DNA from: Botryllus schlosseri
Taxonomy: Eukaryota
Assembly (NCBI GenBank): GCA_051294905.1
Contig: CM119378.1
Location: 3,286,001-3,350,000, forward strand
Direction: 5' to 3'
Length of the DNA stretch: 64,000 bases
The translations under genes and the position numbers were made by a program. Shown here piece after piece: positions 54,201 to 64,000 of the stretch. How positions within the stretch are numbered: position 1 is the first letter of the stretch; each line of letters begins with the position of its first letter. The notes below the pieces were generated by a model that worked only from the letters and a program-made list of their open reading frames with translations, did no database searches and was not told where the DNA came from.

Positions 54201-57200
54201 AGGGCCAAATGGAAAATACCCACGTTAGACTGTCCAGTCCATGTCCATCGCCGCTACACTCCGGACTAATATATTTACGCATATCGACTTACTGTGCGCA
54301 CCTAAATCGTCATAATAAAAAGAGTTACACTGATTATACCTGTAGTCGCGCGAAGCGCGCAAAATTTTTCAGGTTCATGAGTGAATTTCGTCAATAAATA
54401 TTGGTATAGTTTCATATATCAATATCAAATATTTATCCCTTTTCGGCCAATGTGATCTGATTCACTGGTAGAGCCGATGCAGGGGTTGTATTCGAAAACT
54501 TAGGGAAGTTATTAATGCTGTGCTGCATCTTTGGCTGGGTCAATTCTTATTAGTCCCCTTTGTTGCATGCAGTTATTTCTTGACCTCCCATCAGATTTGT
54601 CGAGAGTCAATTCGTAAATTCAAGTTGCATATTGACGGCTGGCAACACATCCTAATTTAATTAAATGTCGGCAGCCGCATAATCTTCCTTCTACTGTCAC
54701 AGATTGGCCACCCCTGGATTAAAGAATCGATATTTGGGTTAGCTAGACACGGTAGTCTGCTAACGCTGCTGGAAAACGATCTCCTCGTAAAGCATGGTCT
54801 TTTGAAGAGCCCGAAGTCGTTTTTCACGGGTCCAGGTCTCGGCAGTGGTGGACCATTGCACGTCAAGGCAATATGCCCATTCATACCAGCTAATTCTTCC
54901 TCCATGGAATGATATTATCATGCCGAATCCGTATATCAGCTAGTGAGGAATAGTGATATTGGGCACAGTAGAATGGCTTACTTTGAACAACAACAAAAAT
55001 ATCAATTTCAGCATTTCAAAATGCTTCACTAGGCGTTCTTCGAATTTTTTCCAAATCAGGCCGCGGGCCGCAAAATATGACCTCGCGGGCCGCATGCGGC
55101 CCGCGGGCCGCGTGTTGGTGACCCCTGGTTTAAAACATGTTTTAAACAGTGTTTTTAAAAAAAGGCCTTAAAATTTTTTTTTAAGGTGTAAAATTATGTC
55201 ATAATTGTGTAAATACTTTCCAAATAACATCTTGTATTAGCCTTCGGACAATTACCACTCGATATATAGCCGACGTATATCGATATGGGATGGCTGGAAC
55301 CCTCAAAATAGTCGGTTCAACATTAATAGTAGCCTACAGACATTTCGCCTATAGGAGCTATATTTCCCCTATATTTTAATTGTCAATGCCAATCCACTAT
55401 GACGTCACAATAGAAAATTCGTGACGTCATGGCTTCGAAAAACAAAAACAAAAATACAATAAAAATATGTTTTAAATCAGGCATTGTTTTAAACATGTTT
55501 GTTTTAAATGCAACCCTAGTCACAGCTATAGTGGAAGGATTGGCAACCCACGAGAACAAAGAGAAAATCTGGTTGCAAACAAATTTTTATACCCAAAATT
55601 TCCTTAGCCGCAACTGAACTAATACGCGCGTTTGAGTTTGAAAATGTGATTAGTTCTAGCTCTAGTTCTAGTTGAGAGTCATAAAAAGGGAGTAGCTCCA
55701 GTTCTAGTTGCGCATTTTGAAATTCCAGTAGTTTGTACAAGTCCGCAGCTCGTACAGCCCGCCCGCTAAAGTAACGACGGAGTATGCGCAAATTCAATAG
55801 TCGTTGAAAGGAATCCGACATACGTCAACACTTTTGCAATCATGCTGGTCGCGACTTGGTATTGGCCTCGATCGCCCTCCGATTCGTGAATCAACGCTAC
55901 CAACTGAACCTCTTCCGCCCTCGTACATTCTAAAATAAAAACATAACTTTCGTTGTCACAGTTGATAAATTTATGAATTTATATTATTGGTCTTTCACCA
56001 AAACGAATATTTGCCTAATGTCTTTTTCTTGGTTTTATCCATTGAAAATACGATATCAAACATTGTGATTTCATCCAAATTTTGGTTCGGAACTTGCAAA
56101 GCTCAGCGTAGTTAGTTGGTAATAAAGTACTTCTACTTTTCGCAGAGCTTCAAGCAGTTTTTGCCTACTCGCACTACTTCTTCAAGTACTTATGATTTCC
56201 GACTACTTTACTTCTACTTGAAAGTCTTTGTTTTTTTAGGCAAACTATCAGTCCAATAGAATACTTACTTTTTTACTAACTTGGAAATCTAGGCCTACAT
56301 CTCTACTTGAATAGAAATTTAATTCTTCTTGAGTATCGACGGCGACAACTTTGACCCGCTCTAAACAAGTAGAAATAGAAGTACTTGATTGCTGCGATAA
56401 CTACTTATCCCAAAACTACTTTCTACGTAACAAAATTCAAAGTGTCGAAAGTAGAGCAACTATAGGTAATTGGAAAGATCATTGTAATATTGATACGATT
56501 GTTGATATACAATGTTCAATCCAATTCTCCACTAGTTGCGACGAGTGTCAACCGAAAATATTCGGGTTCATTTCAATATGAATATATCATTCACTTGTAT
56601 ACTGTAGTTCTGTAACTCAATGAAGCTCTTCAAAAACATCCACTCAAGTAAGCAGTACAAGTTAGGCACAATCTATTTGGGTACTCCGAAAAAGCAGGAA
56701 TGCTTCCTAAACGACCATGACCAATTGACCCCCTCTGTCTATTGCTTACGCCTGCACGACGGCGCATCTGGCATCGACCATTCTCCGACGCTGTCGTGTC
56801 CGTCTTCTTTGCTGCACGAGCTAAACACGATCTTCTCCTTGCGGTTCGCAAATTTGAAACCGTCGCGACAGAACAGCACGCAGTAACTACCAGAGTAATC
56901 GCGATTGGAGCAGATCACTTGTCCGTTCAATGGCGCCTCCATGGTGGTCGGACATCGAATGGCTGCAAAAGCAGAGCGATAAATGAAGCACTGCGCGCCA
57001 CATAATTCATATTACGATGTAATATCAAGTTGAGGGGACTATTAGCACCTAATCAGGACCATCTTGTGAAGGGCTACCCCCATTACCATAAAATTTTCAC
57101 AGCTGCTAGTTGTCATTATGATATAAACAAAATATGCAAAACTTTAGTTCTATACCCCACAGAAATTAGTGGCGACATAGCGTAGTGGTATAATCTACAG

Positions 57201-60200
57201 CTGTAACACTAACGGGTTGCGGGTTCGAGTCCGACCGAGGACGACTTCAAAATTCATACCACAAGGTTAAATATCTATGGGCTCCGCCTCGCCATACCAT
57301 CCGTGTAAGCGGTGTCTCATAAAAGCCAGAACTGAGCCGTGGTACAAGTCGGCAGCTACGGAATGAAAATGAAGAAAATTGGCCTGACCTAAATGACCGA
57401 TGTCGACAAACACCACGAACACCCCAAACAAATCGCACCCACAGAAATTGGATGTGACCGGAGAACAAGTGTGCCATGAAACACCGTAACTCAAAATTGT
57501 GATGCGCCTTTTCTGATCCAACGACGTTTTAGGAAGTACTAGGACAGTCCTATATGTTGCTTATTAAAAAATTACGTGCAACTTATCTTGGAGAAATTTC
57601 ATTTTGAAATTTCAAAATTTCAATTTTTTCAAAGTTTGCTGTGCGGTTCCATAAATCAGAGCATGGTAGACCTACGTCAATAAAACTATCAGCAAAACAC
57701 AGGCCTGGATGATGGCTTTCTAAAAAACGTTGAGTGAATTATTTACGTTAATTCATACAAAATTTTGATTTACGGTGAAGCGATATAATGAAATTTTACA
57801 ACGGAGACAGACACTATCGTAAATTTTCGCAGTAAAAGAAAATACTAACAGTATGCCCAATAAAGTTGAAATTTTGCAATTTTTAGTTATTTGTATTAAA
57901 CTATGGAGTATGACGTTACAACAGATGTACCATGTCATTAATTCCTACCAAAGTGAAAAATGGAAAATTTTGATACTTTTTTAAACTTTCTGGCGTCTCC
58001 TCGAAGATATAAACGTGAAACAAATATTGGTAGCAGCCATTTTCTTCAGAAAGCCACTGTAACTTGAACTGTAACTTGAAGATTTTCTGGAAATTTTGCT
58101 CTATCTGCATCTACGCATCTGTGCGGTATAGTTTGTTTGTTTGTATTATTCAGGGTGTTTGTCGACTACTATGGACCGATTGTCTTCGATTTGATTCCGT
58201 GTCTGCAGACTTGTAGCACCAATTCTAGGCTTTTACAAGGCACCGCCTACACGGGTGAGATGGCGAGGAGAAGCGTAGATAAACCTCCAACACTTAGGCA
58301 GGAATTCTGGAGTCGTTCTCGGTCGGACTAGAACTCGCAACCCATTGGCGTTGCAGCTGTGGCATCGTGATCATTCGTTCATATGCGTCATCATTGTTCA
58401 GGATTTCTTGCACGCATTCTTTCACCATAGACCCGCAGCTATTAGAGTGCAATGGTGCATTTTTCGAAAATCCTCTAGCTGCTATCCGTGGCTTTCACAC
58501 TTATAACTTTGATTAGAGATCACGTCATAGTTTAAACTTTAAAATGCACTACGCATGCTCCTTTAACGCGAAACTTGTACAATCAGAGTGCGTATAATTA
58601 GACAACTAGAATTATAGTTGTCCAAGTCTGCGTATCGCAGACACTTACGCTGGCATTGCGGCGGGAAAGGATGTTGAAAGTCTGTGGATCCGTCCGAAGA
58701 GACCCACTGTCCTATTTCGTCACCGTCTCCGTCGTCCTTGCAAATCGCATGTGCGTTGTTGGCCGCACTCAGTCCGACCATGTCGAAATGTTCCTTGCAG
58801 AAGAAGACGCATACGCTCTGCGCGAAATTGTTCGCCGAGCAAATCACCTCGCCGTTTTCCGGGGACACTTGCTCCGGAAAGCATTTGATAGCTGCAAGGA
58901 TATTGCATTTAGTATTTACAGATAGTCGATAACAAGGTTTTAAAACCACAGCAAATCCTCCATGAGACATTGTTTTAATCGCAGTGGCCCTAGTCCTAAT
59001 CCTAATCCTAACCTACCATTATGCTGATACCTAATACCTAACCGCAACCTAAGTGTCACCAATAATCCGGATACATTAATACATAGCCTTCACGCAGAGT
59101 GCCGAATTCACCAATACCAAATTCGACATTTTGAATAATCCGACTGCAATGTATCACAATTTACGCTCATATTCAGTGAAACATTCATTTCCCTATTTAT
59201 TAATACAATATTGATGCATTGGGTTCATAACATATTTCGAATACCAAATTCACCGAGTGCCGAATTCAACATGCCGAATTCGGTGGTAAGCCTACGAAAT
59301 CTATGCTACTTGGATCGCGAAAGGACGTGCAATCTACGCGATGGATGCGAACAACATAATTTACCAATGTACGTGAAGATGACAGTATGTAGGCTAGGTC
59401 GCAGATATTACCGTTTGCAACAAATAATTTGTGAACACATTTCGGCAAGTCAAATTATAAAATCGCAAGATGATGAAAGTTCTACCCCATCTTCGCAGTC
59501 TCTGTAGGTGCCATCGGCCAACATCGCTAAAATACTACGGCTGTATGCCATCTGTATAATAATGGCAATCAGTCTTTCATATTAGCGCGTCCTCATGGTC
59601 GGTGTCTTTTTGTTCTAAAGGTTCTTTCAACCTTCAACCAAACATTAAGCCATAACAGTCGATCCTCTACATATCTAGGATTATTTCATTAGTGATGTGT
59701 TGCTATTCGGTTATTTTTATAGCCGAATTTGTCCCTGGTGTACCGTACTGTTCGGTGGTATGTGCCGTTTGTCTGTGTACTAATTATTGATACACCACAA
59801 CGAAATGTCGAATTCGGTCAACCGAATTTAGGCCTGCTGTATATAGGGTTGCATTTAAAACAAATGGTTTTTTAAATCACTTTGTTTAAAACATGTTTTA
59901 AACAGTGTTTTAAACAAAGGCCCTTTTTAAAAAACAAAATTGTTTTTTTTTTTAAAGTAGTAAAATTATTCCATAATTGCGTAAATACTCTCCAAAAATA
60001 TATTGTTTGAGCCTACTGACAATTACCACCCGATATAACCGACGTTACGATATGGGATGATTGGAACCCTCAAAATAGTCGGTTCAACAGCTATCGTTCG
60101 TAGATATTTCGTCAAAGAAGCTATATTTACCCTATATCAGGGGCCACCAACGTGGTACCCGCGGGCCCCAGGCAGCCCGCGAGGCCCAGATGAGTAGCCC

Positions 60201-63200
60201 GCGATCCTGTTTTAAAAAAATCTGAATAGCAGCATTTACCAATATTCGTCATATTATTACCAGCGATCTTTTAAATATATAGATTGATTGATTTGGCTAT
60301 TCTTGTTTAAATCATACCAACACGTAACTTACAAATGACAATACATATATATATAAACACTTAAAATGATGATATCAAATATCCTCAAACTCAATTACAA
60401 TTAGTAATATACCAACATGTAATAGAATCACAAGATATCGAAGACGTAGAGTACGGCGCACTGCCAATGCAGGCGACATGACGTAATGCCATCCACGGTC
60501 TTTTTGAAATGGCGTGGGGTTCCGTAAACGGTAGCTCGACGTCCAGGACAATGCCAAAGTGGTACATCACTATTCGGTAGCAGATAGCGGTCAAGTGCTA
60601 GCAGATCTACAATATCTGTATGCCTATTACGTATTGTATCTTTTGACACAGCTTGTCTCTCTTACACTGAACGCAGTTTAGTACCATGTTTCTAACTTTC
60701 TGTAATAGATGCTGGTGTCAGGTATAATGAAATCTGTCATGTCTGGATGCTGAACAGTTCGACATTGAAATTGTAACACCGCAAAATGACCTCCATCGCA
60801 AAGCCCACAAGACTGCGACAAACTTTTGGTGTCTTGTTGACACGGTAAAGTACAGTGGTGCACGCGCAGCAGCTATGAAGGTTGCAAGCGTGTTTGGTTC
60901 AACTTATCGATGTGAATCAGCCTTTGCTGGACATGGACTTCATCAAAAAGAAACACAGAACACGCCTCACTAATGAACCTCTGGAACACTCAGAGTTACA
61001 GTGTCAAGTTACATACCAGAGTACAGCGCACTAGTTGATAGCATGGAATGCCAGACCTTCCACTGGCTGATATAAAAACAGATAACATGATGTCCAGTCT
61101 TACGTATGACATGATTTATTTTAAAATTTGAGCTCACTGTTGTTGCATAATTCATACAAACATGGTGCGAAGTAATTCGCGATTTCTTAAAAAGTCTTGG
61201 TGGCTAGCTAGTTGAAATGAGATGTTGTGATTTAAAAGACTCAGAAGTCTTCCCGCAATGTGATTCCTGCCCAGTGCTATGAATATCACAGCGGAAATTC
61301 AGTCCGGTACATGTAAACGGCGGGAGTAAATGGTAGATTGGTAGCCCGTCGATTCAATCAGTACCCAAAAGTAGCCCGTGGTTGCAAAAAGGATGGTGAC
61401 CCCTGCCCTATATTTTCAATTGTTAATGGCAATCCACTATGACGTCACAATCGAGTATTCGTGACGCCATGGATTTAAAAATATATGAAAAATGTTCTGA
61501 ACAAGGGCCTTGTTTTAAACATGTTTGTTTTAAATGCAACCCTAGCTTTATATAACGTTCCCTACTGACGAGAGTCAATCGAAAAGCTAAAAGTGCACAG
61601 AATTGGACAATATCATCATATTATATATTGCGGTATCGGAGCTTTGTACCTCCAGACGCCGACGTAATATTACCGCTGCATGGTGTATCGTGCGATGTGA
61701 TGATATCGCGAACGAAACAGCAAGAAAAGAAATCACAGCCTCGTTGATGCCAAAGATGGTATCGCTATTGGATTTCCACCCCGGGGGCACAGTATACTTT
61801 TATACATACTGTATTTTGATAAACACCATATCACCGCCGAAAAATCAGAAAGCAGGCACACACCGATGGAAGATAAATATGGGTATAATGCAGGGGTGGG
61901 CAATTATTTTCCTCCGCTGCCAAATGAGAAGCAGAAAATACATTGTCGGGCCGAGTCAAAAATTTTAGCTGTATTCTCAAGGGTATTAATTTTATTTCTA
62001 AATGGAAAGTATTGAATTACGCTTTGAGCTTATAAATGCTGCACAGTGGATGTGTTGATATTAGAAAAAGAGAAAGTGACGGTTAATTACCGAAAAAAAT
62101 ATTCATTTGGCGTCAATGTTAAACATGATACACTTTGAACTATCTTTAAGCCCCTACCGACGTTTTCCTATCAAGACATTAAACTGTCTTTGAGATACCA
62201 CAAAGCTTATGGTCTTGATCGCTGCCTTCGGAGCAGTGAGCAGTTTGGCGAAATAGCCTTTTTTTTAGAAAGCTCGCAGTTTTTCTGAAATTTACCTTGA
62301 CCGAGTGCATTTCTTCTAGTTTCCGTCATAAGACCGACTTCAATTATACTCCTTGGACACGGTGACCTGATTAGCACAAACTACTAAAAAGACGGGTTTA
62401 CCCGTGACTTCAGTAGACAGATATTTAGTGCTCCAAATCATCTATGAATTTCAGCTGCCGGCGATTTTTGACATGTCCGGTCATCGATTTTGGTTGATGA
62501 TGACACATAGTAATCACGGGCACTGATTGACTTGTTTTGCGAATTAGGGATTTGGAAACGTATCCCGTAACAACTTGACGCACAGCCAGACCGTGTAATG
62601 CGTACCCTAATGTGACAACGGTAACAAAGAAGGTTTGGTGACTTCCTGTGATTTTAATTGCTACAGCATAATAATTTTCTACATTGACTTTATTTTGAAT
62701 CTGGATTACGAACGCGAGATAGGCCTACGCAGGCTGCGTAATCCCGACATATTAATGAACAAGCTTGAAAGTAAACGAATTTTCGGTTCACTTTATACAG
62801 CCTATGGGTTTAGTCCACGTGGCGACAATAAAAAGTTGGTTTTATGTATTTAATTCCAAGCAATTCTCGCGGACCACTCAGAATGGCTCCGCGGGTCGCA
62901 TTTGGTCCGCGGGCAGCACTTTGCCCAGGTCTGTTATAATAGGTAAAGCTACCGGGAGAGTTGGAATGGGCGTGGGAATTCCTGTAACGGTTCAACTAAC
63001 TTTAAATAGTACGGAGAGGATGCTTATCTCAGTACTGCATTATGACAGGCGGATTGTAGAGTTTGAATACCCATGCATGTTTCGACTTACGAACACACTC
63101 AAATTCCGTTGCGGTCGACCACATTCCGTCAAATCCGCACGATGTCTCGATGGCGTCACCTGTAGTTCCGACCAGATCGAAGTACGCTTGGCAGGATAAG

Positions 63201-63291
63201 TTGCACCTGCTGCCAACGTTGTTCTCGTTCGAACAGGACACTTCTCCCCAGTCTGGCGTTGTTATGGTGGGACATATAGGCGTGCCTCCGG
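51208..63291 (-). CDS. sushi/CCP (x3) - von Willebrand A domain protein, 5' end not found in the window
   Basis: Three symmetrical phase-1 sushi exons (63291-63091, 58891-58649, 56962-56750) with C...P.NG.V.CS....GS.C...C..F.....C...G.W....P.C spacing. vWA exons follow at 55929-55824, 53593-53445 (acceptor uncertain), 52098-51947 and 51399-51208: RVNRYSSSVD...IDAIPYPGKGANTTTALRY...KIAFIFTNE...LFVFTL...QLVKIT...GCDFLI*. Confidence 0.8.
52220..52375. mobile_element. R1 MITE half copy
   Basis: gaaggtacataacttc...ggctgacacgcgtcagagg...agagaattggaaacaacattgtatatcaac. Confidence 0.7.
52795..52965 (+). mobile_element. retroposon family S2 tail
   Basis: gactactccaagtcgtttcggcactctcctatcttttcg...ataaaatgatgacgatgatg. 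Confidence 0.65.
53836..55518. mobile_element. hAT MITE family E (TAGGGTTGCATT TIRs, ~430 bp) with a nested insertion
   Basis: Perfect TSD gtcacagc; after removing the insert, the body matches 59844-61544. Confidence 0.9.
53884..55127. mobile_element. Buster-type hAT element nested in family E
   Basis: caggggtcgccaac / gttggtgacccctg; perfect TSD gtttaaaa. It may itself contain a third element (54106-54716; caggggtggcgaa/ttggccacccctg; weak TSD). Confidence 0.88.
56490..56635. mobile_element. R1 MITE half copy
   Basis: ccaattctccactagttg...gagtgtcaaccgaaaatattcggg...gttctgtaactc. Confidence 0.7.
57171..57410 (+). mobile_element. tRNA-derived SINE S1
   Basis: A-box tagcgtagtgg, B-box ggttcgagtcc (57222-57232); body similar to the reverse complement of 10800-11040. 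Confidence 0.72.
58215..58365 (-). mobile_element. tRNA-derived SINE S1, partial
   Basis: gaattctggagtcgttctcggtcggactagaactcgcaacccattggcgttg is almost identical to 10956-11006. Confidence 0.7.
60138..61405 (+). mobile_element. Buster-type hAT deletion derivative nested in family E
   Basis: caggggccacc / ggtgacccctg; perfect TSD ccctatat; carries a transposase relic. Confidence 0.9.
60730..61070 (+). pseudogene. Buster/GTF2IRD2-like hAT transposase C-terminal relic (2 frameshifts)
   Basis: NLSCLDAEQFDIEIVTPQNDLHRKAHKTATNFWCLVDTVKYSGARAAAMKVASVFGSTYRCESAF / DMDFIKKKHRTRLTNEPL / LRVTVSSYIPEYSALVDSMECQTFH; classic FGSTYxCESxF motif. Confidence 0.9.
61891..62933. mobile_element. hAT element (caggggtgggcaa ... 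ttgcccaggtctg)
   Basis: Degenerate TIRs; TSD gtataatg/ttataata (6/8); GCGGGYC subterminal motifs. Confidence 0.65.
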
Positions 63292-64000
63292 CTGAAAACA
63301 AACAGCATCAACCCGTGCCCGTACACGTACATGTAACAACGAAAAATATTATGAAGGAAATGGGGAAAGAATTCCCTACTGGCCGTGACCCTATTTGTTA
63401 ATATTTGAGTATGGAATGTCGCGAGTATACACTATTCAGTACAGTGGAATAATTCCGATTAGCGCACTTTAACGTGCGTGATGCACTCATTGCGGATACA
63501 TCCAACTCAGTAGAAACTTATTCTGCACTTGTAATGAAAGGCTCGTGGTTAAGCGTGAAAATTGACATCATTTACGGCAATACTATTTATGTTGAGTTCC
63601 AAATTCCAGAAGATATACGATATATAATTGCGAAAATACAAAATACCACCTTGTATCTCGATGATTCCAACCGACAGCAATATCAACGCAGCAAGCATTG
63701 TGCTTTTTCTGAAGCTATTAGGTCTGTAGTTGAACAAAAACGATAGTAGTAGTAATGTATTGATACAGTATAAACGTGGCGACGCTGCCGACATATAGCC
63801 TATTTTAGTGTAAACTTGCTACTTTATAGACCTTTCTGTGATAGAACTGTAGATATAACCAATCCTTTTCTATATAATGTACAACAAACATCATGGTATC
63901 GCGCGGATGAGCTGAAATAGCCTTCGGATAAAAGATAAACGTCACAAAATATTTCCTGGTAAAAACAGCCTATAATTACTTTAGTTATCTCGTTGAAGTG

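Larger units (their letters stand above)
59844..61544. mobile_element. hAT MITE family E with a nested insertion
   Basis: tagggttgcatttaaaacaaa / tttgttttaaatgcaacccta; TSD gctgtata/gctttata (7/8). Confidence 0.9.

Noticed and set aside
54657-54905. 82-aa ORF inside the nested Buster element
   Set aside because: No transposase or other motif recognisable in any frame I read.
57171-57245. tRNA-like sequence with A and B boxes
   Set aside because: No complete cloverleaf or T-run terminator; it continues into a conserved SINE body present in three copies.
58996-59050. Telomere-like CCTAAY repeats
   Set aside because: Three to five degenerate units only, not a (TTAGGG)n array.

Overview
AT-rich eukaryotic (metazoan) genomic DNA with short GT-AG introns. 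The compact gene layout and gene content suggest an invertebrate chordate such as an ascidian, but this is inference only. Eight protein-coding genes can be reconstructed by hand. Four have intronless CDSs: PFDN1 (-), ATP synthase subunit f (-), CNTD1/COSA-1 (-) and PPCDC (+). Two are multi-exon RNA-binding genes arranged tail-to-tail: RTRAF/C14orf166 (+, 7 exons) and ILF2/NF45 (-, 8 exons). One is a 5'-incomplete 3x sushi/CCP + vWA gene (-) with a degenerate MIDAS motif. One is an apparently orphan signal-peptide / acidic / EF-hand / Arg-Gln-Met-rich / RDEL protein (+). Intergenic and intronic DNA is saturated with non-autonomous DNA transposons, mostly hAT with 8-bp TSDs I could verify (many perfect, several nested). 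There are also palindromic MITEs, a tRNA-derived SINE and a second retro-tail family ending in AATAAA-(ATG)n. No intact transposase is present, but there are two hAT transposase relics: one Buster/GTF2IRD2-like, and one resembling a hAT clade I recall from oomycetes, mosses and algae, carried in an element with perfect TIRs and TSD. No CRISPR, rRNA or genuine tRNA gene is supported. Gene identities rest on remembered similarity to vertebrate and insect orthologues; no database search was run.
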